A stretch of DNA of 63,385 bases from a virus: positions 1-63,385 of the IMG/VR virus record IMGVR_UViG_3300046533_000294, one strand, 5' to 3'. Within the stretch, counting starts at the first letter, position 1. Each line of letters begins with the position of its first letter. A program made the position numbers and the translations under genes. The notes below the pieces were generated by a model. The model made no database searches. It saw nothing but the letters and a program-made list of their open reading frames with translations, and had not been told where the DNA came from. This document shows, piece after piece, positions 8,308 through 17,451 of this stretch.

Positions 8308-9722
8308 TGTCGTACTCGATACCAACGAAGCTCGGAGATCGGATCGGCCCGCCGCCGACCGATCCTCTTGGTGTAGTCCTTCAGGGCACGCTGAGTCCTT
8401 CGGGGATGGCGCCGTGGACGCAGTGGTACGACACGTCCGAGTACGTTCCAGAGCTGAAGTGGCCCATGTCGATCGGCGTCTACAACCAGATGCGAACGGA
8501 CGCACAGTTGTCGGCCCTGTACAAGGGCACGACCCTTCCCATCCGTCGTTGGGACTGGTTTATTGTCCCGAACGGGGCCGACGAATCTATGGTGCGTGAA
8601 CTTCAGAAGGATCTCAACCTGCCTGTGGAAGGTGAGAAACTTCTGGAACAGCCTCTGCGCGGTCGCTCCAAGAATCGCTTCATCTTCATGGAGCATCAGC
8701 GCCTGGCAATGCGGGCGCTTCTGTTCGGTTTCGCCTACTTCGAGCAGCTAGGTACGATCTCCCCCACCGATGGTCTGCCCGATGGGCGGTGGCAACTCCG
8801 AAAGCTGGCGGAGCGCCCGCAGAAGACTATTGATCAGTTCCTCGTCTCGGACGACGGTGGCTTGATCTCGATCCGGCAGAACATTCGCCGCCTCGATCTG
8901 ACTGGTGGTGGTTATCTCCAGGCACCGGAGATCCCAATTGATCGCCTCGTCGGCTACGTCTGGGAGCAGGAAGACGGCTCGTGGGTAGGTCGCAGCATGT
9001 TGCGCGACTGCTACAAGAACTGGGTCGTGAAGGATCGTCTGATCAGGATCGACGCTATCAACCACGAGCGTGCCGGCGGCGTGCCGTACGTGACTGCGCA
9101 GCCGGGAGCGACGACAGGCGAGATCGAGCAGCTCCACAATATGGCGCGCGACTTCAAGATCGGCGAGGCGGCAGGTGGAGCCGTTCCGTTCGGAGCTGCG
9201 CTGAACATCGCTCGCGCTGGCAATACGAACGTAGTGGAGTCGATCAAGTATCACGACGAGTCGATGGCGCGTAACTGGCTGCTGATGATGATGCAGCTCG
9301 GAATGACCACAAGCGGGTCGCGCGCGCTCGGCCGGACGTTCCATGACTTCTTTGCTCAAGGTCAAGACTCGATCGCGCAGTGGTTCACGAGCGTGTTCAA
9401 CTGCCACGTGGTCGAGGATTGGGTGGATTGGAACTACGGCGAAGATGTCGAGCAGGTTCCGCTGCTCGGCTTCAAACCGGACATCGACCTGGCTCTGTCG
9501 GAGATCTCCGGTCTGATCACGGCTGGAGCGATCGTGGTAGACAGGGATCTGGAGGATGCCTTGCGTAGAGAGACGGGCCTGCCTCCGAAAGCTGCGGGTG
9601 CTCCTGACCCGGTTCCAGCATCAGAACTTACTCCTCCTCCTGGTAGTGGTGGATTTGGTTCGGGATCGGGTCAGGATGCCCCGGGAAGTGGCACAAAGCC
9701 AGAAGGTGGGCAGGGTCAATGA
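8307..9722 (+). CDS. Portal protein (DUF935 / Mu gp29-like)
   Basis: YNQMRTDAQL, GRSMLR, ERAGGVP, GSRALGRTFHDFF motifs; position after terminase. Confidence 0.88.
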   Translation: MSYSIPTKLGDRIGPPPTDPLGVVLQGTLSPSGMAPWTQWYDTSEYVPELKWPMSIGVYNQMRTDAQLSALYKGTTLPIRRWDWFIVPNGADESMVRELQKDLNLPVEGEKLLEQPLRGRSKNRFIFMEHQRLAMRALLFGFAYFEQLGTISPTDGLPDGRWQLRKLAERPQKTIDQFLVSDDGGLISIRQNIRRLDLTGGGYLQAPEIPIDRLVGYVWEQEDGSWVGRSMLRDCYKNWVVKDRLIRIDAINHERAGGVPYVTAQPGATTGEIEQLHNMARDFKIGEAAGGAVPFGAALNIARAGNTNVVESIKYHDESMARNWLLMMMQLGMTTSGSRALGRTFHDFFAQGQDSIAQWFTSVFNCHVVEDWVDWNYGEDVEQVPLLGFKPDIDLALSEISGLITAGAIVVDRDLEDALRRETGLPPKAAGAPDPVPASELTPPPGSGGFGSGSGQDAPGSGTKPEGGQGQ

Positions 9723-9804
9723 GGGCGGTTCACTCGGTCGGGGGCGCTCCCTCCCGGCTGCTCTCAGCGACTCTGCCCATTAGTCCCAGCAACCCGAAGG
9801 AGGT

Positions 9805-9999
9805 TTGATGGCTGGGAAGATCGAAGGAGCAACGGGCAACATGGCGGGAGTGAAGGGCAACTCCCAGAGGATTCCTACCGCTAGGTGGGAGACCAATAGC
9901 CCAGAGACGGGTGGCCCGCCCGAGACGAAGGGGCGCGAGGGCGCCATGCTTCATGCGGAGCTGCAGAAGTCCAAAGGCACGGGACTGAAGGTTCCGTAG
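9805..9999 (+). CDS. Small hypothetical virion-module protein
   Basis: Strong SD GAAGGAGG; stop abuts the ATG at 10000. Confidence 0.6.
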   Translation: MMAGKIEGATGNMAGVKGNSQRIPTARWETNSPETGGPPETKGREGAMLHAELQKSKGTGLKVP

Positions 10000-11529
10000 A
10001 TGACCTGGGTGCTGGAGAAGATCGAGGGCACGCCCTACACGCGCCTCAAGGGCGTGCCGTTGGTGGGTACAGGGATCGACTATGCCATCTCGACACATCC
10101 CGAGGGATTCACGATCTCGGAGGAGATGCTGGCGGATGCGGTAGCGGCCACTGACGATCCAGCCATTGTTGATCCCCGCATGAAGCTGGGGCACAGCGAT
10201 GATCGCTTCGACAGCCCCGATTTTGACGGCGAGCCGGCAGTGGGCAGGATCGAGAACATGTCACTTGGCAACAACGGACAGACTATCTATGGTGACTATG
10301 TCACCTTCGACTGGCTGGCCAATCTGATCCCTCTCGCCTACCCCAACCGTTCCGTCGAAGCAGGTGCCGGCGTACAGCCTATGTTTGTCGAGAATCACGA
10401 GACTGTCACCGGCAAGAAATACCGGATGGTGCTGACGGGCGTAGCTCTACTCGGCGTCGTCTGGCCGGGTTGCTCCACGCTGGAAGACTTGGAACTGTTG
10501 TCTACCGGCGAGGGGGTGACCATCAAGCAAGAGATCGAGGCTGCCATGAATATCGAGGACGTTCGTTCTGCGTACTACGACTACTTGGAAGCCGAGGGTG
10601 GCGACACCTACTGGTGGTGGATCCGAGGGATGCGCTTGGAGCCCAATGAGCTGGTCGTGGACGACGACAGCGGTCATCTGTTCCGTGTTCCGTTCACGGT
10701 GGCGGATGGTGTCAATGTCGAGTTCGGGGAGCCAGTCCCGGTGGTCGTGGACTACAAGGACGTTCCCGCGTCAGTGGCGGCTGGGATCTACACCGAGGGC
10801 TTGCTGCTCGGTGGCCGCCAGGGGCAAGACACTTGTGTCTTGTTCGCAAGTAGGGCGGATTCCCGCCCAGAGTCCAACGAAGGAGGACAGATGACACCAG
10901 AGCAGCGCAAGCAGCTCTGTGCCTCGCTGGGCCTCGCCGAGGATGCGGACAACGCCGCCATCCAGGCGAAGCTACGTGAGACGGACATCCTCCAGGCCTC
11001 CACGGGCGAGGAGGAGCAGCCCGAGGAGGACGACGACACCGAGGACGACGACTCCAGCGAGGAGGAGTCCACGGAGGAGGAGACCACTGCTGAGTCAGCT
11101 CTGCCGGAGACTGTCACAGTCGAGGCGGGCGCATTCAGGCAGATGCAGGCGGATGCGAAGCTCGCGCGCGCGATGCACGAGCAGAACATCAAGGACAAGA
11201 ACGACCTCATCATGAGGGATGCGGTCGCCAAGGGCAAGTTCGCCCCGGCCGTCGCTGCAGCGGTTCGGATGCAGCTCGACAACCCCGCCACTCGCGATTC
11301 GGCCATCAAGTGGATCGGCGAGTGCGCGGAAGGAGTCGTGCCTGTCTCGGCCAAGGGATCCAGCGCCGCTGGTGACGAAGTCGAGAACGAAGTCAATGAG
11401 GGGCTGCCGTGGTTCTCGCGTGAGCACGCTCGCGCAGCGCGGATGGCCCAGGCCGATGCCGAAGGTAGCGTCCAGTCCGACGGACGGTACGCTCGCAACG
11501 GTGGGGCGCTCAAGGCAGGGGTCAACTGA
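10000..11529 (+). CDS. Mu-like prohead protease/scaffold
   Basis: KLGH..., GEPAVGRI, YPNRSVE, LTGVALLG protease-like N-domain; acidic helical C-terminal scaffold. Confidence 0.8.
   Translation: MTWVLEKIEGTPYTRLKGVPLVGTGIDYAISTHPEGFTISEEMLADAVAATDDPAIVDPRMKLGHSDDRFDSPDFDGEPAVGRIENMSLGNNGQTIYGDYVTFDWLANLIPLAYPNRSVEAGAGVQPMFVENHETVTGKKYRMVLTGVALLGVVWPGCSTLEDLELLSTGEGVTIKQEIEAAMNIEDVRSAYYDYLEAEGGDTYWWWIRGMRLEPNELVVDDDSGHLFRVPFTVADGVNVEFGEPVPVVVDYKDVPASVAAGIYTEGLLLGGRQGQDTCVLFASRADSRPESNEGGQMTPEQRKQLCASLGLAEDADNAAIQAKLRETDILQASTGEEEQPEEDDDTEDDDSSEEESTEEETTAESALPETVTVEAGAFRQMQADAKLARAMHEQNIKDKNDLIMRDAVAKGKFAPAVAAAVRMQLDNPATRDSAIKWIGECAEGVVPVSAKGSSAAGDEVENEVNEGLPWFSREHARAARMAQADAEGSVQSDGRYARNGGALKAGVN
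10891..11529 (+). CDS. Scaffold protein from an internal in-frame start
   Basis: GAAGGAGG-ACAG-ATG inside the protease ORF; LGLAEDA motif; same arrangement as Mu I/Z. Confidence 0.65.
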   Translation: MTPEQRKQLCASLGLAEDADNAAIQAKLRETDILQASTGEEEQPEEDDDTEDDDSSEEESTEEETTAESALPETVTVEAGAFRQMQADAKLARAMHEQNIKDKNDLIMRDAVAKGKFAPAVAAAVRMQLDNPATRDSAIKWIGECAEGVVPVSAKGSSAAGDEVENEVNEGLPWFSREHARAARMAQADAEGSVQSDGRYARNGGALKAGVN

Positions 11530-11996
11530 TGGCCAACGACTGCATCAAAGTCAAGGAAGAAGGCGATGCCATTACTTGTGAGGCCACAGCGGCCGTCACA
11601 GGTAAGCGGTTCGTCTACATCTCCGGTGCTCGTACGTCGGGTGGCATCGGTGCAACCGGCAACGTGCCGGCGGGCCAGCAAGGGGCTGGCCTCGTGGCCG
11701 ACGCGACTGTAGACAAGTCTGCTGTCTACAAGGCCCAGAACGTCGGGGCGGGCCAGGCAGCCAAGCGGGCTCTTGGCGTGGCGGCTTTCGACGCTCCGCT
11801 GGGAGGCATGTTCACCGTTCTCCGCGAGGGCATCCTGCCCATCACGTGCGGAGCTGCCATCACGGCAGGGAGCGAAGTCGAGATCGACGCTTCTGGTCGT
11901 GTCATCAACATCGCAGCGGGTATCGCTGTCGGCCTCGCCATGGATACGCAGGCGACGGTCGGAGCAGACGCTGAGATCCTGCTCTACAACAGCTAG
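11529..11996 (+). CDS. Capsid decoration/cement protein (DUF2190-like)
   Basis: ALGVAAFDA...GAAITAGSEVEIDASGRV...AVGLA; lies between scaffold and capsid. Confidence 0.75.
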   Translation: MANDCIKVKEEGDAITCEATAAVTGKRFVYISGARTSGGIGATGNVPAGQQGAGLVADATVDKSAVYKAQNVGAGQAAKRALGVAAFDAPLGGMFTVLREGILPITCGAAITAGSEVEIDASGRVINIAAGIAVGLAMDTQATVGADAEILLYNS

Positions 11997-12013
11997 GAGG
12001 GGGTGAAACAGGC

Positions 12014-12970
12014 ATGAAGCACCAGGTACTTCCGAACGGGGCAGTGCTGCTTATCGAGGAGGAGATCGAGGCCAGCTACTTCCCCAATCCGACTGTCCAC
12101 CCTCTTGGCCCGCCGACTCTGTCGGGAACGACCTACACGGTGGACTGGGCGCTGAACAACCCTACACGGGTGACCCAGTCGCTCATGGATCTCACTCTGC
12201 AGCGGTTCTTCGCTGATCGCGTCTTCACCAACGCGGGTGGGGTCACCGGTGGCGCGGTCATCTACGACCTGCTACTCGTCAACGAGCTGTACCTTCAGCG
12301 TGACTTCGAGATGATCGCGCCGGGAGCAGAGTTCCCGATCGTGACATCTCAGCGAGTCGCGCCGAGAGTCGCTCAAGTCGAGAAGTGGGGCGCCAAGTTC
12401 TACACCACGGTGGAAGCCAGAGACCGCAACCAGATCTCCGTCTACACCAAGCAGATCCGTCAGATGGCCAACACGCTCGTCCGCAAGATCAACCAACGGG
12501 CCGTGGACACGCTGAACGCTGCGATCACGGCCTACACTCGTACCACGACTGGGAACAGCTGGTCTACGGTGGTCACCACCGGCTCCAGCGCATCGAACGC
12601 TCCGTTGTGGCCTGCTCGTGACTTCGCTCGCGTCACGCAGCTGGCGGAGCAGACGGAGTTGGGATACGACTTCGATCTGTGGATCATGAACCCCACAGAG
12701 TATTTCAACCTCGCCACGATCTACGGCAACTTCCTCAACGACCTGCTCGCTTCGACGGGGTTCGACATCTTCGTCACCAACCGTGTCGCAGCTGGCTCGG
12801 CCTACGCGATCTCCAGTGGCAACGTCGGAGAGATGCGGGTCGAGCAGCCGCTGTTGACCGAGTCTTGGTACGAGGAGGAGACGCAGCGGTTCTGGACACA
12901 GTCAAGTGTTCGGCCGCTGTGGTTCGTCGATCAACCGTATGCGATCCTCCAGGTCACGGGCCTAACCTAG
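12014..12970 (+). CDS. Major capsid protein
   Basis: 318 aa, IAPGAEFP, strong SD, C-terminal FVDQPYAILQVTG; synteny. Confidence 0.85.
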   Translation: MKHQVLPNGAVLLIEEEIEASYFPNPTVHPLGPPTLSGTTYTVDWALNNPTRVTQSLMDLTLQRFFADRVFTNAGGVTGGAVIYDLLLVNELYLQRDFEMIAPGAEFPIVTSQRVAPRVAQVEKWGAKFYTTVEARDRNQISVYTKQIRQMANTLVRKINQRAVDTLNAAITAYTRTTTGNSWSTVVTTGSSASNAPLWPARDFARVTQLAEQTELGYDFDLWIMNPTEYFNLATIYGNFLNDLLASTGFDIFVTNRVAAGSAYAISSGNVGEMRVEQPLLTESWYEEETQRFWTQSSVRPLWFVDQPYAILQVTGLT

Positions 12971-12986
12971 AAAGGGGGTGAACTAG

Positions 12987-13511
12987 ATGTCGGAATCTGT
13001 CTATGGCAAGGATCCACACCAGGACAATATCGCCGACTACACCGGCTCGGAAGACTACGCGGAGCAGGCAGACAGTCGGACGATCAAGCATCTCATGTTC
13101 CCCTGGCTGGTCGAGGCACCAAACACGGCTCATGCCGATGGGCCCAATGTGCTGAAGGAGCGCGTTGGAGTTCAAGGCGAAGTCGTCTCGATCGAGGAGC
13201 TAGGCCCGCTTGCCCTGGAGCGTGGTGAGCGGCTGGGCTCGTTCTACACTGACGCAGAGCTGGCCGGGCCAGCCACAGCGGAAGCCGCTGCGGTCGGCGA
13301 GACAGCCAGCAATACTTCGGAGTGGGGCGTGCCGGAGCTGGTTCAGTACATCGAGACCAACAAGCCCAACGTGGACGACACGATCGCCCTCGCCCAGGGC
13401 GATCCTGAAGCCGCCAAGCGAGTCTTGGAGGCCGAAGATGAAGCGACAGGTGGAGATCCACGCTCCGGTGTCACCAAGGGCCTGACGGCGGTCATCGGAG
13501 ATGCCTCGTAG
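12987..13511 (+). CDS. Hypothetical head-associated protein
   Basis: SD; follows the capsid gene; C-terminal VLEAE...PRSGV helical motif. Confidence 0.7.
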   Translation: MSESVYGKDPHQDNIADYTGSEDYAEQADSRTIKHLMFPWLVEAPNTAHADGPNVLKERVGVQGEVVSIEELGPLALERGERLGSFYTDAELAGPATAEAAAVGETASNTSEWGVPELVQYIETNKPNVDDTIALAQGDPEAAKRVLEAEDEATGGDPRSGVTKGLTAVIGDAS

Positions 13512-13513
13512 TG

Positions 13514-13549
13514 GTGGAGATGGGCGGGTTCACGCCCGCCCTCATCCAC
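13514..13549 (+). terminator. Stem-loop after the head genes
   Basis: GTGGA..GGGCGGG-TTCACG-CCCGCCC..TCCAC. Confidence 0.5.
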
Positions 13550-13567
13550 TCCTGCTAGGAGAAGCCG

Positions 13568-14017
13568 ATGGCAGCCTCAGCGAAATGGTACAATAACGCG
13601 ATCCTGGGCGTATTCAGCGCGACGGCCGCTCGTCGGTTCGACTGGGTGAACGACACTATCAAGGTGTCGCTCCACACTTCTGCGTACGCCTACAACCAGG
13701 CCACGAACACGTACTACTCCGACCTGAGCAACGAACTGGCCACCGGTTCGGGATACACAGCTGGCGGCTACACACTGGTCAACAAGACGCTCTCCTACGA
13801 CGCTCCTTCCAAGGAAGTCCGTCTCAACTCGGATGCTCCACAGTGGACGGCGGCAACGTTTACGTTCCGCATCTACGTGATCAGGAAGGATACAGGCACA
13901 CCATCCACGGCTCCATTGCTGGGATACGGAGACATGGGGGCCGACCAGTCGATCTCGGGCGGAACGTACACCCTGGTAGGAGACCCAACTGGTTGGCTGA
14001 AGGACATTGTGTCATGA
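13568..14017 (+). CDS. Virion structural protein, paralogue A
   Basis: AKWY...DWVNDTIKVSLH...ELATGSGYTAGG...DMGADQS. Confidence 0.8.
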   Translation: MAASAKWYNNAILGVFSATAARRFDWVNDTIKVSLHTSAYAYNQATNTYYSDLSNELATGSGYTAGGYTLVNKTLSYDAPSKEVRLNSDAPQWTAATFTFRIYVIRKDTGTPSTAPLLGYGDMGADQSISGGTYTLVGDPTGWLKDIVS

Positions 14018-14033
14018 TTAACGAGGAGGCAAC

Positions 14034-14474
14034 ATGGCTGTAACGGCCAAGTGGTACGGCAAGAATGTCCTGGATCAGTGGGGTTCATCCCCAGTTAACT
14101 GGACAGGAGACACAATCAAGGTGTCGCTTCACGCTAACACCTACGTGCCTAACCAGGACGTGGACGAGTTCTTCGCCGCTACGTCGGCAGAGTTGGCGAC
14201 GGCTGGTGGCTACACGGCTGGCGGAGCCACACTCGGAGGCAAGTCGGTGTCGTACGATGCACCGACCAACGAGGCGCGATTGATCGCAGGGAACGCATCA
14301 TGGGCGTCGGCGACCTTCACGTGCCGCATCGGATGCATCTACAAGTCCACGGGCGTTGCCGGCACGTCGCCGGTCATGGGCTACGTGGACATGGGCGCAG
14401 ACCAGTCAGTCTCGTCCGGTACGTTCACCATCCAGTGGGACGCCACCGGCGTGCTCAAGGGAGTCGCAGCGTAG
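14034..14474 (+). CDS. Virion structural protein, paralogue B
   Basis: AKWY...NWTGDTIKVSLH...ELATAGGYTAGG...DMGADQS; tandem paralogue of 13568. Confidence 0.8.
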   Translation: MAVTAKWYGKNVLDQWGSSPVNWTGDTIKVSLHANTYVPNQDVDEFFAATSAELATAGGYTAGGATLGGKSVSYDAPTNEARLIAGNASWASATFTCRIGCIYKSTGVAGTSPVMGYVDMGADQSVSSGTFTIQWDATGVLKGVAA

Positions 14475-14476
14475 CG

Positions 14477-14884
14477 ATGGCTCGGGCCGGAGCACCCAGC
14501 CAACGCGGTCGCGTCGAAAAGCAGGGGCGGGATCTCAGGATCTTCGCTCCTGCTGCGATCTGGCCTCAGCATAATGTCGGACTCAAAGATGCATCCGAGC
14601 TGACGCCAGAAGACATCATCAAGATGCAGGCAGCAGAGTTGCTCCGAATAAAGCAGGAGCTGGAGTTGCAGAAGATCGCGGCCCAAACGATCACGCGCTT
14701 CTGTATCTGCTGTATGTACGTGATAGAGCAGCACACTGGTGAAGACGTTGTCTCTATCGGACGAGATCTCTACAAGAAGCTCAGTGGTTCCGAGATCCAG
14801 ATTGCCGAGTGGCAGGACGGGAATGTTGGCCCTGTCTACGGCAGATACCTGGAGAAGTCACCCGACATCAGGATCGGAGGGTAA
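14477..14884 (+). CDS. Hypothetical protein
   Basis: ATG 2 nt after the previous stop. Confidence 0.6.
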   Translation: MARAGAPSQRGRVEKQGRDLRIFAPAAIWPQHNVGLKDASELTPEDIIKMQAAELLRIKQELELQKIAAQTITRFCICCMYVIEQHTGEDVVSIGRDLYKKLSGSEIQIAEWQDGNVGPVYGRYLEKSPDIRIGG

Positions 14885-14885
14885 G

Positions 14886-15218
14886 TTGGCGGAGTACGAA
14901 GTCACCATGGCGCCGCCCGAGGGGCAGCCCCAGACGTTCAAGGACACCAACGACGCGGATGGGTCGGAGATCGAACGCCCGATGATCCGCGTCTACAAGC
15001 TCAACGCCAGCACCGAGAACGCAGCTCGCGTCATCTGCGAGCGAAATGCGTTCGACATCGCGACGCAAGAAGTTGCCGAGAAAGGTGGCTTCACGGACGA
15101 GCAGCAGGACGAGCAGATGGATGCGGTTTTGTCCAGTCAGTGGGTCGTCCAGTCCATCCAGCAGGCCGGAGCAGCAGCAGCCCCGGCAGCAGCTGAGGAG
15201 CCGGCAGCGGCCGAGTAA
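14886..15218 (+). CDS. Hypothetical acidic protein
   Basis: SD GGAGGG then TTG. Confidence 0.6.
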   Translation: MAEYEVTMAPPEGQPQTFKDTNDADGSEIERPMIRVYKLNASTENAARVICERNAFDIATQEVAEKGGFTDEQQDEQMDAVLSSQWVVQSIQQAGAAAAPAAAEEPAAAE

Positions 15219-15255
15219 TGCTGCGTGCGTCCGCAACGGAGATGGGGCCGGTGGG

Positions 15256-17451
15256 ATGCCACCGAATCTGACCACCGGCCCTAGCACCCCAGTCCTGGAT
15301 GCTTTCAACAGGGCCAATGGCGCCATGGGCCCGAACTGGAGTTTTCCGGCTGCGGTGTCGGCTGACATCGGTTGTGCAATTTCCGGCAATCAGATGGGGT
15401 CTCAGTTGCAGCCCTCATCCGATTATTGGAACGCGCAGGTATTCGACTTCACTGCTGGCCCTGTCGAGAGCTATCTGGATATTGTCGTATCAGCAGCGTA
15501 CGGCATACAGGTTATTGGCTACATGTATGCTGTCGGATACCATTACCGCTTCGTCAGCGATGCAGTAAACAATAGACTGCGCCTAGTTGTATGTCAGGCC
15601 GGGGCTGATACCAATGTTCATCAGACTGATGGCGTAAACGTATCTGGTGGCGGACAAATGTGGATGTGGGTCGAGCCGACCCCGAGCGGCCCAGGGCTCG
15701 ACATGTACTGCATGTACCGCAATTCCCATGCCGGGGCGTGGACGCAAGCCTGGCCCGTTTACACGGACACCAACTTGCTCAGGACTTCTGGCTACGTCGG
15801 TGTCCGTTTGGCATCTAGTCAAACATTTAACTCCTTCATCGACAATTTCGGCGGTGGCGCGACCGCAGTATCTAACACCGTCGTAGCTCCGCCAGCGAGC
15901 GTAACGATGAGATCAGTAGCACCTGTGTCTCGGATAGACGATACAGTTGTATCCCCACCAGCTACTGTCAATGCGCAGTCTGTCGCACCGCTGGTCTCGA
16001 TCCCGAAGACAGTTGTAGCTCCGTTTGCGAGTTTTAGCTCGCAGTCGGTAGCTCCTGCCATCTCGGGCACTGCTGTAGTTATCAGTCCACCCGCGCTCTT
16101 CAATAGTCTGGCCGTCGCTCCGATCTCGGTGTTGTCTCCGCTTGTGCTCCCTGGCGCAGCAACATGGACGGCTACAGTCGTCGCGCCAGGGATAGGACGA
16201 CAGATCATTAGCTCAGCCGGGATCTTCACCACTACGGCAACTGCCCCTGGAACCGGCAGCACGGTAGCTCCGAATGCTGGGACATGGACGGCAGCTATCG
16301 CTACGCCGGTGACGGTGGTGTCGGTTCTGCCAACTGCTCCAATCTTCACAGTCAGTTCCGTGGCCCCGACCGTCATCCAAGGCTTGTTCTCGTTCCCCAA
16401 CGCTATGATGTTCACGGCCCAAGGCGTTACTCCATCTTTGATCATCGTTCAGGTGCTGACGATTCCCGCCGCGACTTGGACGGCAACGATCGCTACGCCT
16501 CTCTTGATCAAGACGTTGATCCCGAATGCAGCTCTAGTGACATTTCCGATCGTTGCACCTGCGCTCGCGATCGTTCTGCCCGCGACATCCGCGCTGGAGA
16601 CGTACTTGTCATCGACCCCCTCCTTCGTTGCGGGCTCGGGGCAGTCGCTTGCCGTTCCACCCGCGATGTTCTCGGCAGTTTCTGGTGCTATCTCTACATC
16701 GGTGTATGTCGTTGTGCCTGTTGCTCAGTTTATGTCAGTCGGTGCAGCTCCGACTCTCATCAACGCTTTGGTCTCCACTGCCGCAATCGTGTCGATGAAT
16801 AGTTCGGCTCCACTCGTTACTCTTAACCCGATCGTTTCTGGGCCGGTGTCTGTTGTCACGATGCGCGCAAACGCGCCGGGCATTCTGACCGGGATTGGCT
16901 CAACCGCAGCTGTCTTCACGGCGAGCGCGGCGACTCCGATCCCTGGCAACGCACAGGCGATTACTCCTGCGATGTTCAGTGCTGTCATATCGACTGTTCG
17001 GTTCGAGATTGCATCACTTCCGCTGGCGATCAAGACGACGTTCACGAGCGCGGCCTCTGTGGCGATGGTCGTACAGTTGCCGGTCGGAGTCTGGACTGCT
17101 GATGCTAGCTCTCCCCAGCTCGCAGTTCAAGTGTCCACTCTGGCCGGCATTCTAACGATGCCTGTGATGCCCATTTCGATGGACATCGAGAAGAAGGTCT
17201 TTGCGGATGTGGCCCGCTGGACTACTTCTACACAGGCACCGACGCCATCAATCAGTTTGACGAGTCCCGCACCGATCTGGGTCGGTTCGCCGCAGAATCC
17301 CCAGATCGGGCGGGGCACCATTGCTGTTCCCGCCATCGCTACCTTCCTGTGTGTTGAGCCAGGTCTGGTACAGGAGAGCACGCAAGCAGTTTACACGTAT
17401 GTGCCTGGTGAAGTTGTCGAGTCGAATGCGTGGCCGATGTGGCAACACTAA
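15256..17451 (+). CDS. Large fibre-like protein: beta-sandwich N-domain + A/P/V/T/S repeats
   Basis: LDAFNRA...IDNFGGG domain followed by many V..P.A.FT..SVAP-type repeats; start inferred. Confidence 0.7.
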   Translation: MPPNLTTGPSTPVLDAFNRANGAMGPNWSFPAAVSADIGCAISGNQMGSQLQPSSDYWNAQVFDFTAGPVESYLDIVVSAAYGIQVIGYMYAVGYHYRFVSDAVNNRLRLVVCQAGADTNVHQTDGVNVSGGGQMWMWVEPTPSGPGLDMYCMYRNSHAGAWTQAWPVYTDTNLLRTSGYVGVRLASSQTFNSFIDNFGGGATAVSNTVVAPPASVTMRSVAPVSRIDDTVVSPPATVNAQSVAPLVSIPKTVVAPFASFSSQSVAPAISGTAVVISPPALFNSLAVAPISVLSPLVLPGAATWTATVVAPGIGRQIISSAGIFTTTATAPGTGSTVAPNAGTWTAAIATPVTVVSVLPTAPIFTVSSVAPTVIQGLFSFPNAMMFTAQGVTPSLIIVQVLTIPAATWTATIATPLLIKTLIPNAALVTFPIVAPALAIVLPATSALETYLSSTPSFVAGSGQSLAVPPAMFSAVSGAISTSVYVVVPVAQFMSVGAAPTLINALVSTAAIVSMNSSAPLVTLNPIVSGPVSVVTMRANAPGILTGIGSTAAVFTASAATPIPGNAQAITPAMFSAVISTVRFEIASLPLAIKTTFTSAASVAMVVQLPVGVWTADASSPQLAVQVSTLAGILTMPVMPISMDIEKKVFADVARWTTSTQAPTPSISLTSPAPIWVGSPQNPQIGRGTIAVPAIATFLCVEPGLVQESTQAVYTYVPGEVVESNAWPMWQH

